This document shows positions 41,246-52,184 of a stretch of 64,000 nt of DNA, piece after piece. Each line of letters starts with the position of its first letter. Position 1 is the first letter of the stretch. The position numbers and the translations under genes were made by a program. The DNA is from Toensbergia leucococca (Eukaryota), in the NCBI GenBank assembly GCA_022813965.1, contig JALDZS010000137.1:1-64000 (forward strand), given 5' to 3'. Under the pieces are notes generated by a model. It made no database searches. It was not told the origin of the DNA and saw only the letters and a program-made list of their open reading frames with translations.

Positions 41246-41535
41246 ATGAGAGATGAGAGGTGAGAGGTGAGAGGTGAGAGGTGAGAGGTGCCAAGTGAGA
41301 AGTGAGAGGGGGCGACATAGGCCTTCAGCCCTACGAGAAGCACAAATCTCTCGACGCCGCAACTCCTTCTACTTCTATTGAACCCTCCACTCTACCACAT
41401 TTCAATCATCCAGACATTGGCAACTCCTTCTACCCTCTACTCTACCCCAATTTAATCATCCAGACATTGACTCCCTCCTCCATTCCCCGTTTCCCATTTC
41501 CCGTTTCCCGTTTCCCATTTCCCATTTCCCATTTC
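41246..41535. repeat. Two heptamer tandem arrays, (TGAGAGG)n and (CCCRTTT)n, plus a short direct repeat in a divergent intergenic region
   Basis: tgagagg repeats at about 41246-41310, cccattt/cccgttt repeats at about 41480-41535, and aatcatccagacattg twice (about 41404 and 41454). Confidence 0.75.
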
Positions 41536-41540
41536 GTACC

Positions 41541-42919
41541 ATGGCTTCAAATCCTACCAAAACCAAAGGGGCCGATGCGCAGCAGGAAGCACTAATCAAG
41601 CGCCTTGCTAACGAGTATGATCCTGTCCAGCGCGACGTGCGCAAAAACCTCGCTGCTTTTGCCCGCCTTCACAACGTACCTTACCAAAAACTTCGCGCTC
41701 GTGTGCGTGCCCGCGACGCACCGCCTACTCGTCGTGGAACTCTATCGGAAGCACAAGAGCTGGCTTTGATACAACTCATCCATACTGAACTTCTGTCTGG
41801 AGATGAAACCGCCGTCTTCAACATCCACGCCGCCGCCAACCACATTCTACACACCTCAGGCGAGAATAGAACAGTGGGACGTGGCTGGTCGACTTATTTT
41901 CTGAAGCGTCATCCAGAGTTACAAGTACAAAGAAAGACACCGAAAGGAACCTTATCGCAGCTGCTAGTAGCTAGCCCCTCTAGCTCTAGAGGCCATGATC
42001 AACCTTCAATAATCACGCCTGCCGGAACCGAGGCCAGCGACCAACCTCAGCCTCCGACCCCGCTAGAGTCCATCTGTCATGGTGACAACAAGCTGCCAGG
42101 AATTCCTACCTTTCCCACCTTCTTCTCCCATCGACAGTGGCAATTGGAACACATGGCTGCCGCCTTTCGATACTTCTCCCGTCATGGCTACGTCGAAGGC
42201 ATGTCGGGTCACATCAGCGTCCGAGACCCCGAGCATCGCAATGCCTTCTGGATTAATCCTCTGGCTGTACACTTTGGTCTCCTCAAAGCGTCGGATATGA
42301 TACTCCTCGACTTGGACGGGAACGTGATTGGCGGTAATCGAAATCGTCCCGCCAATGCAGCAGGCTTCTTGATACACGCAGCCGTGCACCGGGCTCGCCC
42401 AGATGCCCATGCCGCTTGTCATGCCCATACAGTGCACGGAAGAGCGTGGTCCGCCTTTGCAAGGCCATTGGACATGTTGACCCAAGATGTTTGCAACTTT
42501 TACAATGCCCACTCGGTATATGCATCCTACGGAGGCCTGGTACTTGCGAAAGAGGAGGGCGAGAGAATAGCGGAGGCTCTAGGAGAGGGAAAAGGGTGTA
42601 TACTTATGAACCACGGGCTGTTGACAGTGGGCGGGACTGTGGACGAGGCAGCATTCCTATTCGGACTGATGGAGAGGAGTTGCCAGATTCAGTTGTTAGC
42701 AGAGGTGGCAGCTAATAAGGGGTTGCAGAAGAAAATCATATCGGACAAGGAGGCAGAATGTAACTTCAAGGCTAGCGATCCAGTAAGTTAGGACATAGCT
42801 TTCCATTATGTTATAATTGACAAGTAGTGACTGATCTCTGGTAGGAGACACTTTATTTGGAGTTCCAGCCCGATTACGAGTACGAAGAGGTTATGTGCAA
42901 TGGGTCATTCAAGAATTAG
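41541..42919 (+). CDS. Class II aldolase/adducin-family protein with N-terminal pogo/Tc5 transposase-like HTH region
   Basis: GHISVRDP, FWINP, GFLIHAAVH, HAHT and MNHGLLTVG motifs. N-terminus has ARLHNVPYQKLRAR...LSEAQELAL...VGRGWSTYFLKRHP. Last intron 42783-42844; ends ...NGSFKN*. Confidence 0.8.
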
Positions 42920-44071
42920 CCACGATGCCGTGTTGGTATTCTTTCAATCAACAGACTGTATCACCTCAGCTATCGGACCACTGTTTCGACATTCAGAAAT
43001 TGTCGATTCGACTAAAGTGTAGCTCTTTACCATCTCAATACGGCAAAGCTATGTGTTGGCAGTCCGAAGCGTCAATCAAGAAAACCACAACTCGACCCGC
43101 ATTTGGATGACACAATATCCGCTATCGATTGTGGCCTGATAGAGAGTCCGCATTTCATCCCCTTGCCACGCTTTGACGCAGTCACTATTTGCTTATTTTT
43201 GTCTTGTCTACCATCTCTTTGCTTCTTCTCGGTATCATCGAGCACCATTCTTGCGCTCTCTCTCTCCGATTGCTCTCCTGGTCTTCATTCCTCTCGGACG
43301 GCTCTCTATGCTACGAGGGTGGTCGGTTAGCATATGTGCCTGACCTTTCAAGGTGAAGACATCAAGTGACAGAATACCGGCTCGTCAATTTGAACAGGTG
43401 CTCACGGCAACGTGTTATGGCGCACTTTCAGAACCTAACCAAAAAAAAGGAGTTTGAAACACATCGAACATTGAGAAAATGCATCTAAAGCTTCACCTCT
43501 TCCTCAAATATTGGACTTACAGTTTCACTTCATATCAGGGTTGGGGCGCAATGAAGTAGAGTGCCCGATGAACTGACAAGCGGAAGTCTTTTCAAAAAAA
43601 TATCAGATGCGGATCTTGTGGCGCAAACAGAGTCTCCGCCTCCTAATTATCGAATGACTTAGCAACTTGTTGGAACATTGACCTCATCATGAACTTTGAA
43701 CTGATCCTGTGATCGAGTTGTTCTACTGGAGACATTCGCGGGAGAGCGAAAGCTACAGACGTGGACCTTTGTAGGTAGGAGGTAGGGCATGCATTAGTGG
43801 CGATGGATACATTGTCGATCGACATCCAACAATGTCGGTACTACCTGAGCTGCAGCTTCGCTGAAAGCTCCATAGTGTTGATGTGCGGGGAACACCTAAT
43901 TCCCCCGCATCTTCGCAATCCATAAGAGTAATACAAGTGTTGCTAGTCTGATGCCGGATGAGAATGCTACTTGTTTACAGCAGATTGACAACAGTATCAG
44001 CGACGTCTTGATTGAGCATGCAGCTATGGAGGGCATACCCGGTATCCGTATACAAGGGCATTCTTGCCGAC

Positions 44072-45699
44072 ATGAAAAGCTACCGCAGGGCCTACGTCCT
44101 TACTATCATCGCTGCTTTTGGTGGAATGCTCTTTGGATGGGACACCGGTCTTATCGGCGGCATCCTAACAATGCCTGCATTCCAACATTCATTTGGCCTG
44201 AATCCCAAGTCTAGGCACTTTAGCCAGCTACAAGGAAATATCGTTTCTGTTCTTCAGGGCGGTTGTTTTTTCGGTGCCGCCAGCTCTTTTTATATTGGGG
44301 ATCGACTAGGACGTAGGCTTGCACTTGTCATTGCGGCTGTCTTCTTCCTTGTGGGATCGACGATCCAGACGTGCTCTGCTATCCGCACTACAAGTCTCAG
44401 TCAGCTTTATGTGGGTAGATTCATTGGAGGCTTTGGTGTCGGTCTTGTCAGCGCCGTGGTGCCCACCTATATCGGTGAGAATGCCAATAAGGAGATTCGT
44501 GGTCGCTGTATTGGGACAATGCAGCTGTTCAATGTGTGAGCGCTCTTGCTTTAATCAACGGGCAATATTGGATAGTAATTCTTGATAGGACCGGCATCAT
44601 GCTGAGTTACTTTGTCAATTACGGAATCAACGAGAGTATCCACGGCCTCAACGACCTTCAATGGCGTATTCCCTTTGCTTTGCAGATGATCCCCGGTCTT
44701 ATTCTTCTCATTGGAATCTCATCCCAGAATGAATCCCCTCGCTGGCTTGTAGAGAAAGACCGCATCACTGAAGCCCGCCAAGCTCTCTCCCACGTACGGG
44801 ACAAACCCGAACAAGATCCTACCATCGAGCTCGAGCTACAAGAAATCATCAACGATTTCCACGGCCGAAAAAACCTCTCCCTAACCCAGCAACTCAAGTC
44901 CGTCTACGAAAGCAAAAAAACCCTTTACCGCTGCAGCCTAGCGATCATCCTCATGTTTTGGCAGCAATGGACCGGCACCAATTCCATCAACTACTACTCA
45001 CCCCAAATCTTCGCCTCCGTCGGCCTGCAAGGAACCTCAGCCGGGCTTTTCGCCACCGGCATCTACGGCGTCGTCAAAGTCATGTTCACCGCCCTCGGCC
45101 TCTTGTTCGCTACCGAGCAGATCGGCCGCAAATGGTCCCTTCTCACCAGCGCAGCCGGTCAAGCTTTCGCCATGTATTACATCGGCATTCATACCGGCAT
45201 TACCGGACCCATCGTCGCTGGCGCCGGTCTCAGCAGCTCGGGTATCTTCGCCATCGTGTGCGTGTACCTATTTGTCGTATTCTATTCCTTTGGCTGGGGA
45301 CCCATCCCCTTCGTCCTCGCGGCCGAATGCGCGCCCAATCACGTGCGGTCGCTCATCATGGCCCTGGCGCTCATGACGCAGTGGTTGTTCAATTTTGTCA
45401 TCGCGAAGCTGACGCCTGTGATGCTGGCGGATATCACTTATGGGACTTTTTTGCTCTTTGGGTCTTGCTGCGTGCTTATAGGCGTTTGGACTGTGTTTTG
45501 CGTGCCTGAGACGAGGGGCGTGCCGCTCGAATCGATCGATGTGTTGTTTGAGGGGCATATTATCCGGGGATGCGTGGGGGATTGTATTCCGAAAAGAGCG
45601 AGGGCGAGAGGACTGAGGGAGCATTCACGTGGTGTTGAAGGCGGTGTGGAGGAGATGTTTGATGATGAGAATGATTCGGCGGGGAAAGATGTGTTGTAG
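44072..45699 (+). CDS. MFS sugar porter (quinate permease-like)
   Basis: GGMLFGWDTG, DRLGRR, ESPRWL, QQWTGTNSINYY and VPETRG motifs; one intron near 44536-44588. Confidence 0.9.
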
Positions 45700-46899
45700 A
45701 ACACGTTGCGTGATTTGATGTTGGGGTGGATTTAATCGGAATGACTACACCGTTTTCCGGAATTAGATGTTCGGACCCTTTTGTATATGTTTTTGGGCTC
45801 CTACATCCCAATTTCGGATACTCCCTACACCCCCTCCCCCTAGTTCATACATGACGAGCGCCATATTAAAGCACCCGGCGCAATTTCGCGTGGGCAGAGG
45901 CGATGTTTTGTGACAACAGACACACTCTTCATTCTTCGCTGTCATGTCTTTGCACTCCTCTGTCAGAAGAAGGAAGAGCTGTGTTTTACCTTTGTAAGCC
46001 CCTTCAAGCTTGGGGCTTTAGAGACATGTAGGGTTTGTAGAGGAGATGTGTGATACCTTAGTCATGACTTATAAAGGTTTTAGAGTAGGATTGTGCAAGC
46101 TTGAGTGTTGAAAGTGTGAGTATGATGGAATCTAAATGAAAGAAGAAGAAGAAGAAGAAAATAAAAGAATGTTAAAGGTTGAAGGTGTTTTGAGTGAGGG
46201 GGGTAATTTTATCTATCTCAATGATGATAAAATAAATGAGATTGATAAGATCTTTGTTCTGTTTTAAGATTATATTAGTATTAATAAAAGTGTCTTGACT
46301 TGCTAAGTCTGTCAAGTAACTTTTCTTCTGATTCTATCTGTACAGAGCAGAACAGTGACAGTGCATACTAAAGATGCACAGTGTTACTGTAGTCAAGGCC
46401 TAAAAGATGATCATGACTGTTTGCTGTGTTTAACTTCAGAGCTTTTCACTCTCTTATGCGTCAGTGTAAGCATTGTTGATCATGCTGCTCTATGAAAAAT
46501 CATCCCCATAAGAGATACCACTGCAATATTTCATAGCGGCATTCTTGCCACAATCTTGACTCTCTTGGTGATTCTTGCAGGGTCACGCCTCTGCTGCTCT
46601 TTGTGCTCTGAGGCTCAGGGCTACCGTCTTGTTTGTGGCTAAGGCTCACAGTAATGGCATGACTACGCGGTGCGTCGTTCCTGCGACGAGGCCGGTAGAG
46701 CTGTATGCATAGTGACGTGATAGCTGAAGCTTTCAATGCCGATACAACGCATGCGGCTGGATTTGCACTGTGTTCAGAAGTGAGAAGGGCGAACTTGAAG
46801 CACTCTTCTTTGCTTTGATACCAACTGGATTCGATTCAAGGCAAGCCATTGGTGCTAAGGGTCCAATTCGACACAGTAGGGTGACTCAGGATTTTATGC

Positions 46900-47950
46900 T
46901 CATTGGTCATGAGCCACACCAAGCTTTTGCTTGTGTCGATTTGCCGGGTCAATGACAGCCCCGAAGGTGGGATTGACAAGCCAACCTGGTTCCATCAATC
47001 TCTTCGGGCTATGTTCTCCAGCCCACTGATCAATGGCGTCCCACTTCCGACAAAAGTGCGTTGCGGAAAAATTACCCAGTGGCATCCTTTGATTGTGACC
47101 CCAGCGCAGAGGAATGAGAGAGACGTCTCCGTTACACATGACGGATTGTCGAAGAACATCGAGACAGTGATGATTGTGCATACGATTATCGACCTTTTCG
47201 GACGCTGTGAGATTGGGTAGGTAGTGGTCCTCGTACATATAATGATGGAGTCGTTTCTGCGAACGGAACTATCAGCATATATACCAAGACAGAAGACGTC
47301 AAACACAGAGAGGCTCACGATGCAATGTAATTGGTGATAGGCGAAGATCATGGCGAGATATCCTGACCCGTCTGGCAGGAGTATGGACTCATCGAGCACT
47401 CCCAGATCACGCATGGTCTCTGCTGGAACAGCGACGTTCGTATCTTGAAAGATGGAGAAATATTAGATTTGCAGGCCAGCATTTCCGATTTAATCATAAG
47501 GTAAAGATAGCTTCTGCTTACTTTCCAACAGCTTATGCCAAGCCTCGTCAAGTTCTTCTCTCGGCTCCCCGACAAACTTACTCTCCAAAGTTTGCGTTTT
47601 TAGGACTTTGAAATACAGCGACTCGTACTCGATAGCTTCTACCGCAGGAGCTGTTCATAGCTATCAGCGGATGATCCAGTGCTTTTCGAACCATTCGTAC
47701 ACATTGTTGTCTCATGAATCCGAAGACCTCGCCAAGCATCGCTTGCCCAGATGGTGAATAGAATCATGTTCACAAGGAGCAATGCGCAATGGCCCATCAA
47801 CAATGCTACCCATCGACGTCGACCTCTTGCCCGAGAGCTAGAATGCATCGTTTCGTCCTGTGCGAGGAGGGGATCGTTGGATGAAACAATTCCATCGTCC
47901 CCAAAATCACTGCTCTCCTTCTCACCACCATCAAGAGATTGAAGTGCCAT
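46900..47950 (-). CDS. UstYa-family / DUF3328 oxidase (fungal RiPP cyclisation enzyme), 4 exons
   Basis: N-terminal TM anchor, then SPAVEAIEY...FVGEPREELDEAWHKLL. Two HxxHC motifs (YHQLHCI; HNHHCLDVLRQSVMCNGD) and C-terminal HFCRKWD. Confidence 0.9.
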
Positions 47951-48668
47951 TGAACGAGATGTGATAGATTCACGATAATGGTCAAAGTGCCCAAGGAAGA
48001 GATTTGTGCTAGCATTAAAGCACTCGTATCAATGTGAAGGCAGGCGAGACTTCTAGCAATACGTCACTGCCGATTGTCATGAATACAGACTATGATAGAC
48101 TCGACGGGATTGCAACCAGGAGAAGCTACCTCAACGATGAAGTCTTCTTCCCGCATCGATATCTAATATACAAGCCGACTACGTCACAACCGTTATGTGC
48201 TACATCCAGGGAATATGATTGGCGGTATTGAAATGCTTCGCAGCAGCATAATGTGCCTACACCCAATGGGAAAGGGAAAGATAGTAGGAAAGATTGTTTG
48301 CCGTCGAGGCTCCGATAGACTATCAATGTGACCTCAAAGTCTGTGGGAAACCCTGCTTTCGAGGTATGAATATGAACTCACCCTCGAGACACCTTCCTAG
48401 AAAGGCAGGAGAGTGGTGCTCAAGCGCTGACCAGCCGTCGCCATCATGCAGCCATGACGAAACGCCGCACATCAGCTGTTGCGGCTTCGGAGATCAAATT
48501 GAAAGGAGTCGAGAAAATATATTGCTTGCTAGACAATTCAAAGAGGGAATGCTTAAGAACAAAAGCCGAGCTTACAACACCAACTTCACGAATCTTTCTC
48601 TCGACTGATAGCTAACCAATATACCGAGAAACGATCGAAAAACATAAAACTAAGTTAAGCCTCACAAC

Positions 48669-49040
48669 ATGCACTTCACCAAGATATCATTCGCCGTCCT
48701 TGCGCTCCTTGTTACTACACAAGCTCTTCCCATAATCAATGGTATGTGTCAGTGATGAACGATACATCTAGTTGAGCTATAGGACCTGATGACAACTGCA
48801 GCTCCGGAGAGCTCAATTACTGGCCGCGATGTAAACACAGAGGCCAAACGCGCCGATGACGGAGACGAGATCTGGTCACAACGCCGGGCAGCAATCACTG
48901 AACGCGATGTAAATACAGAGGCTAAACGAGCCGACGACGGTGACGAGATCTGGTCACAACGCCGTGCAACAATTCCTGTCCGCGATATAAAAACAGAAGC
49001 CAAACGAGCCGACGACGGCGACGAGATCTGGTCGCAGTGA
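48669..49040 (+). CDS. Secreted Kex2-processed repeat peptide precursor (candidate dikaritin RiPP precursor), 103 aa
   Basis: Signal peptide MHFTKISFAVLALLVTTQA. A 60-nt intron at 48742-48801 (GTATGT...CTGAT...CAG) splices in frame. Three copies of TEAKR-ADDGDEIWSQ, the first two followed by RR. Confidence 0.88.
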
Positions 49041-49259
49041 CGGGTAAAATGAAGCGACGACAAAGATGGAGGTCTGGGGTCAAGGGCCAGCTAGCCAAAG
49101 CAAAGTAAAGATAGATGTACGAGGTCCCCTTAAAAGTACATAAAATATCTTGCAGAGAATGTTTGCCAACGTGTCCCTTCCAGCTAACAGTAGATTCAAT
49201 GATTGATCCCGGATAAGCTAGGCATCATGATTCTGCGCAACTAATGCTTGGTAGATGGT

Positions 49260-49860
49260 ACCACCATCATCCTTTTCAAAGTCCCGGTCACAAGCCTCCG
49301 ATTTGCTTGCTGTCTCCCTGATTAGAGTATCAGCAGTCATAGACCACAGAGCCGGTCATCCTAAATTCTTGGCCTCCCATCAGCCAGTACAGTTCTCTTA
49401 ATCTACCTTGTCTAGCTATGCAAGTCGATGCTGCATCAAAGGCTTTGCCAAAGTTTGTGCTACCTTTGCGACGTAGCTCTTCTTCGCTATTTCTCATGGA
49501 GTTCACCGATTTGCCGAACAGGATGTCGGTAAAGATGTCAACGGTTTGAGAGAAGAAAAGAGGTTTCAATTTTACTGTTTATACATTTTCTTCACCTGCG
49601 TTTGTTGCCTTTCGAAGCGTAGTTTTTAAATGCCTCATGTTTTTCTAAAAGCTTGAAATCAGTCCTATCTTTCTAGGCAAGAAAAGGTCTCAGGAGCCGT
49701 TGAGACTTCTCCCACTCCGGCCCATCTTGTGTGAAAATGCCGTGGCCTAGAAGAGAATATCAATTCCCTTGCCTGTCAGGCCCAAGCTTGAAATCTGGAG
49801 CCACCTCAGCCTGCAGTGTATAGATGAAGAACTACGTAACATGTAATTATTGATCATCAA
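49260..49860 (-). pseudogene. Cytochrome P450 (CYP52-like) fragment/pseudogene
   Basis: Frameshifted remnants LGHGIFTQDGPEWEKSQRLLRP and PLFFSQTVDIFTDILFGKSVNS...FGKAFD resemble the intact P450 at 52185. No heme-binding region found. Confidence 0.7.
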
Positions 49861-50763
49861 ACTGACTTTGAAACATAGCTCAGACGTTCTCAAGATGTCA
49901 ATTGATGATGGTATATTTTCCTATTTCGCCATATTGTGCATAAGTGTCATGATGCAATTCATGCTCAGATAGCATAGAAGCAGGGAGTCAACTCGGGCGC
50001 TCTGCTACTATCACTTTTTCAGCTTGTTAAGACTGCAGGGTGAGATCGGTGAGTTGGGGAGGAAGCTTGACGGGAGCTTGACAGGTTCACATCTATGGGC
50101 AGACGCATAGACAGTGTCAATTCAACAGTGTATTGATTGAAAAATGGGTATAGATAGTGAAGAATAGAGCATTTACGCCACACTGACGCGGTATCTTGAC
50201 AATGGCTCAATAGAATTGAAAATGAGGTACACAGTGATAGTTCAAAGGTCAAGGTCAGTCAAGGCTAAAATCATTCTATCTTAAGTTAATAGTGATAAAT
50301 TCATGCAGAAGGAGAGGGAAAATGCTTCAGTCTCTGTTAAGTTGAAGCTGCTGAGGCATAGGATCAAAGAAGTGCGGCGAAAGGCCTCATATTCATATTG
50401 ATGGAACAAGGCTATGTACGGATACGGCAGACGCGGGCCCATTACCCCTGAAGCCTGGAAAGAGGAAGGATCAGCTCGGATAGTAGGAGGAGGGAGGTTT
50501 CATGTGGATTTAATTGTCCGTGAATGGGGGTGGGGTTCCTCAAATGCCGAGTGCCAAAAACAGGTTATCGATCAAATCCTGCCCCGCCTCCCCACCTCCC
50601 ACCAATCATGTCGCCTCGCCCCCACTATCACTCAAGCCTTCCCACACTCCCCCACTCGTCCTCCACAATCCTCACAACCTCCACAACACCAGCACCTCAA
50701 AACCTAATCCAAAAACAAATCCATCACACATCCCAAAAACTCACATCCTACAAACCCTAAACA

Positions 50764-51373
50764 ATGGAAGGCGCAATGGAAGACGGCGTTGCCAACCAAG
50801 GTCCGCAACTCATCGTTTCTCCCTCCAGTCAGGCAGCGGCCAGAAAAACCCAGCACACCCAAATCAATCAACCAGAGTAAGAAAAGCTAACCTCTTCCCT
50901 GTGCGGCTATCATAGAGATCAACAAGCTCGCCGGAGACGCCGGTCTCCCGTCTGGCATGGACGGAGTCATCGATAAAGAGGCAGATCAGTATATTGGCGG
51001 GGCAGCCAGCACCGGCAACTCTGGTGGCCAGGGAGGTGTGGCCAATACTATGGAGGATGGGATGGTGAATCAGGGTCAGTTGGTCTTGTCTCACAATCTT
51101 TCTTTTTCGTGATGGAGGAATGGTCGTTTTGGGTTGTGGTTTTGGATGTACGAGAGAGAGGTCGTCAATCATTCTTCCCTACAATAGCTCGCTCTCTCGC
51201 CAAGCCTCCAACCAACCCAAGAAGAAACAGAAACCACAAAGAGCCGCACTCGCTAACCCATTCCATATACTTTCACAGAAGCCAACGACGTAGCCAGCGA
51301 CTTCGGCGTTCCCAAAATGGCCGATGGAGTCGTGGACAAGGAGGTCGATCAGGAGGCCAACAAATTCCTATGA
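50764..51373 (+). CDS. Small acidic Gly-rich protein with an internal duplication (3 exons)
   Basis: Spliced product MEGAMEDGVANQ/EINKLAGDAGLPSGMDGVIDKEADQ...TMEDGMVNQ/EANDVASDFGVPKMADGVVDKEVDQEANKFL*; introns fall at equivalent positions in the two repeats. Confidence 0.65.
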
Positions 51374-52184
51374 TCATGAAGTCATCATAGGGAGATGCAA
51401 TATGCATGATGGGCAATGATGGGGTAAGGGCAACCCGTGGGTTTTGTGAGTGTGTCTGCTAGATGAACTGAAACTGACTAGGGATTGAAATGAAACTATT
51501 AGTGCTCTGATGCGTGGCAGCGGTTGCTATTATAGAGGGACTTTGAAGCGTGGGGCATGTCAATTAGGAAGTTACTTTCATTACATAGAATAGCTGAGAA
51601 ATAGCAGATTGAAGCAAAACAAGCTCTTCAGCCTGTCAATAACATGCCTTTATTCTCAAACCTCAAACTCTCACACCTTCACTCAATGATCTTTTTTAAG
51701 CAATTCAACTCTCTTTGACATCTAGCAGTGATCTGTAGAATGTATCAAACTCCCCTCAATCACCTCATCACACCTCTACCTCACCTTTCTCTAAAAAGAG
51801 TTCCCTTACCCTTCTGTTTCTTATAAAGCATGCAAACAGATAAAAACAGAAAAAGAAGAGAAGGAATTACAAGTCATTAAGGACAAAGAGCTGCTTAAAG
51901 AAAGGGTTCGACGTATTCTACGGCACTTCGTGCAGGCACTCAAGACACAATTAGGCGCTTAATGATTTAATGCGGCTATTTTTCAGGCCCATCGACTACC
52001 CAAAGCACCACCAGGACTCTCCGGCCTCTTACCATTGAATGCCCTCTCTACATTCTATATTTTACCCGCTACCGCATATATACTTGACCATGCCTCGGCT
52101 ACGATGGTTCATTATCCATATACCGCTGTATTGTGCTGACGACCCCCGTTGAGAGCCCGTTTCTCAACCTCTATTGTCGTTATT

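Noticed and set aside
45763..45945. Small Cys-rich ORF (CVCC...CAGC)
   Set aside because: Only 60 aa, adjoining a degenerate CpG-poor tract, with no signal peptide or recognisable family; may be a gene relic.
48826..49037. 78-bp-period repeat as a CRISPR array
   Set aside because: Eukaryotic context, in-frame coding repeat with synonymous variation, related spacers and no cas genes.
48669..49040. Precursor as an alpha-factor-like mating pheromone
   Set aside because: The core lacks the usual WC...GQPC-type pattern and X-A/X-P dipeptide leaders, is strongly acidic, and is next to a DUF3328 gene. Not fully excluded.
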